A stretch of DNA of 58,681 bases, the filler included, from Sphacelaria rigidula (Eukaryota): NCBI GenBank assembly GCA_964200075.2. It is 6 parts of 6 records of this genome, joined end to end, with 100 filler letters (N's around TTAATTAATTAA, not from the genome) between each part and the next. Parts side by side here need not be neighbours in the genome. Positions count along the whole stretch, not along the records: positions 48,986 to 58,681 come from CAXNAA020007948.1; 5 more parts are not named here. The stretch is one strand, 5' to 3'. Shown here one piece after another: positions 58,580-58,681 of this stretch. The translations under genes and the position numbers were made by a program. The first letter of the stretch is position 1; each line of letters starts with the position of its first letter. Under the pieces are notes generated by a model. It had not been told where the DNA came from. It worked only from the letters and a program-made list of their open reading frames with translations, and did not search any database.

Positions 58580-58681
58580 ATATGGTGAGACACCCATGAG
58601 GAAGTGTATAAGCCGTTGCTGTCTCTGGAAGTGGCGATACCAAATAATAAAGCAACTCATTGGAGGCTGTCATCTAAATGC
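58580..58681 (+). mobile_element. 5' end of the C-tract retroposon, truncated by the contig end
   Basis: A C run, then GGTGAGACACCCATGAG..GTGGCGATACC..AGCAACTCAT..GCTGTCATC, the reverse complement of 46480-46570. Confidence 0.7.

Overview
This is not a contiguous locus. Six unlinked contigs of near-identical size (9698, 9697, 9697, 9697, 9696 and 9696 bp) are joined by artificial 100-bp linkers (N44-TTAATTAATTAA-N44). The DNA is eukaryotic, with short exons and long repeat-filled introns. An EsV-1-7 motif and the gene structure point to a stramenopile, most likely a brown alga (inference). Contig 1 holds the 5' end of a cyclin L gene (minus strand) and a pair of inverted palindromic repeats. 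Contig 2 holds ten internal exons of clathrin heavy chain (+), one ending in a GC donor. Contig 3 holds six to seven exons of cystathionine beta-lyase (-). Contig 4 is almost entirely a decayed, intron-containing Academ (AcademX-type) DNA transposon gene with a DDE transposase, an XPG/FEN1-like nuclease and a C-terminal Cys cluster. It carries an exact EsV-1-7 motif (C-x4-C-x16-C-x2-H) inside the transposase, which is the most unusual signal in the window. Contig 5 holds the 3' exons of a C2-domain protein. Contig 6 is mostly repeats plus a possible unannotated minus-strand gene. Introns and intergenic DNA carry many non-autonomous elements: tRNA-derived SINEs, a retroposon that inserts into G/C tracts, Ginger-like MITEs containing TTAGGG, piggyBac-like MITEs and foldback MITEs. 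All family assignments rest on motif recognition by eye; no database search was run.
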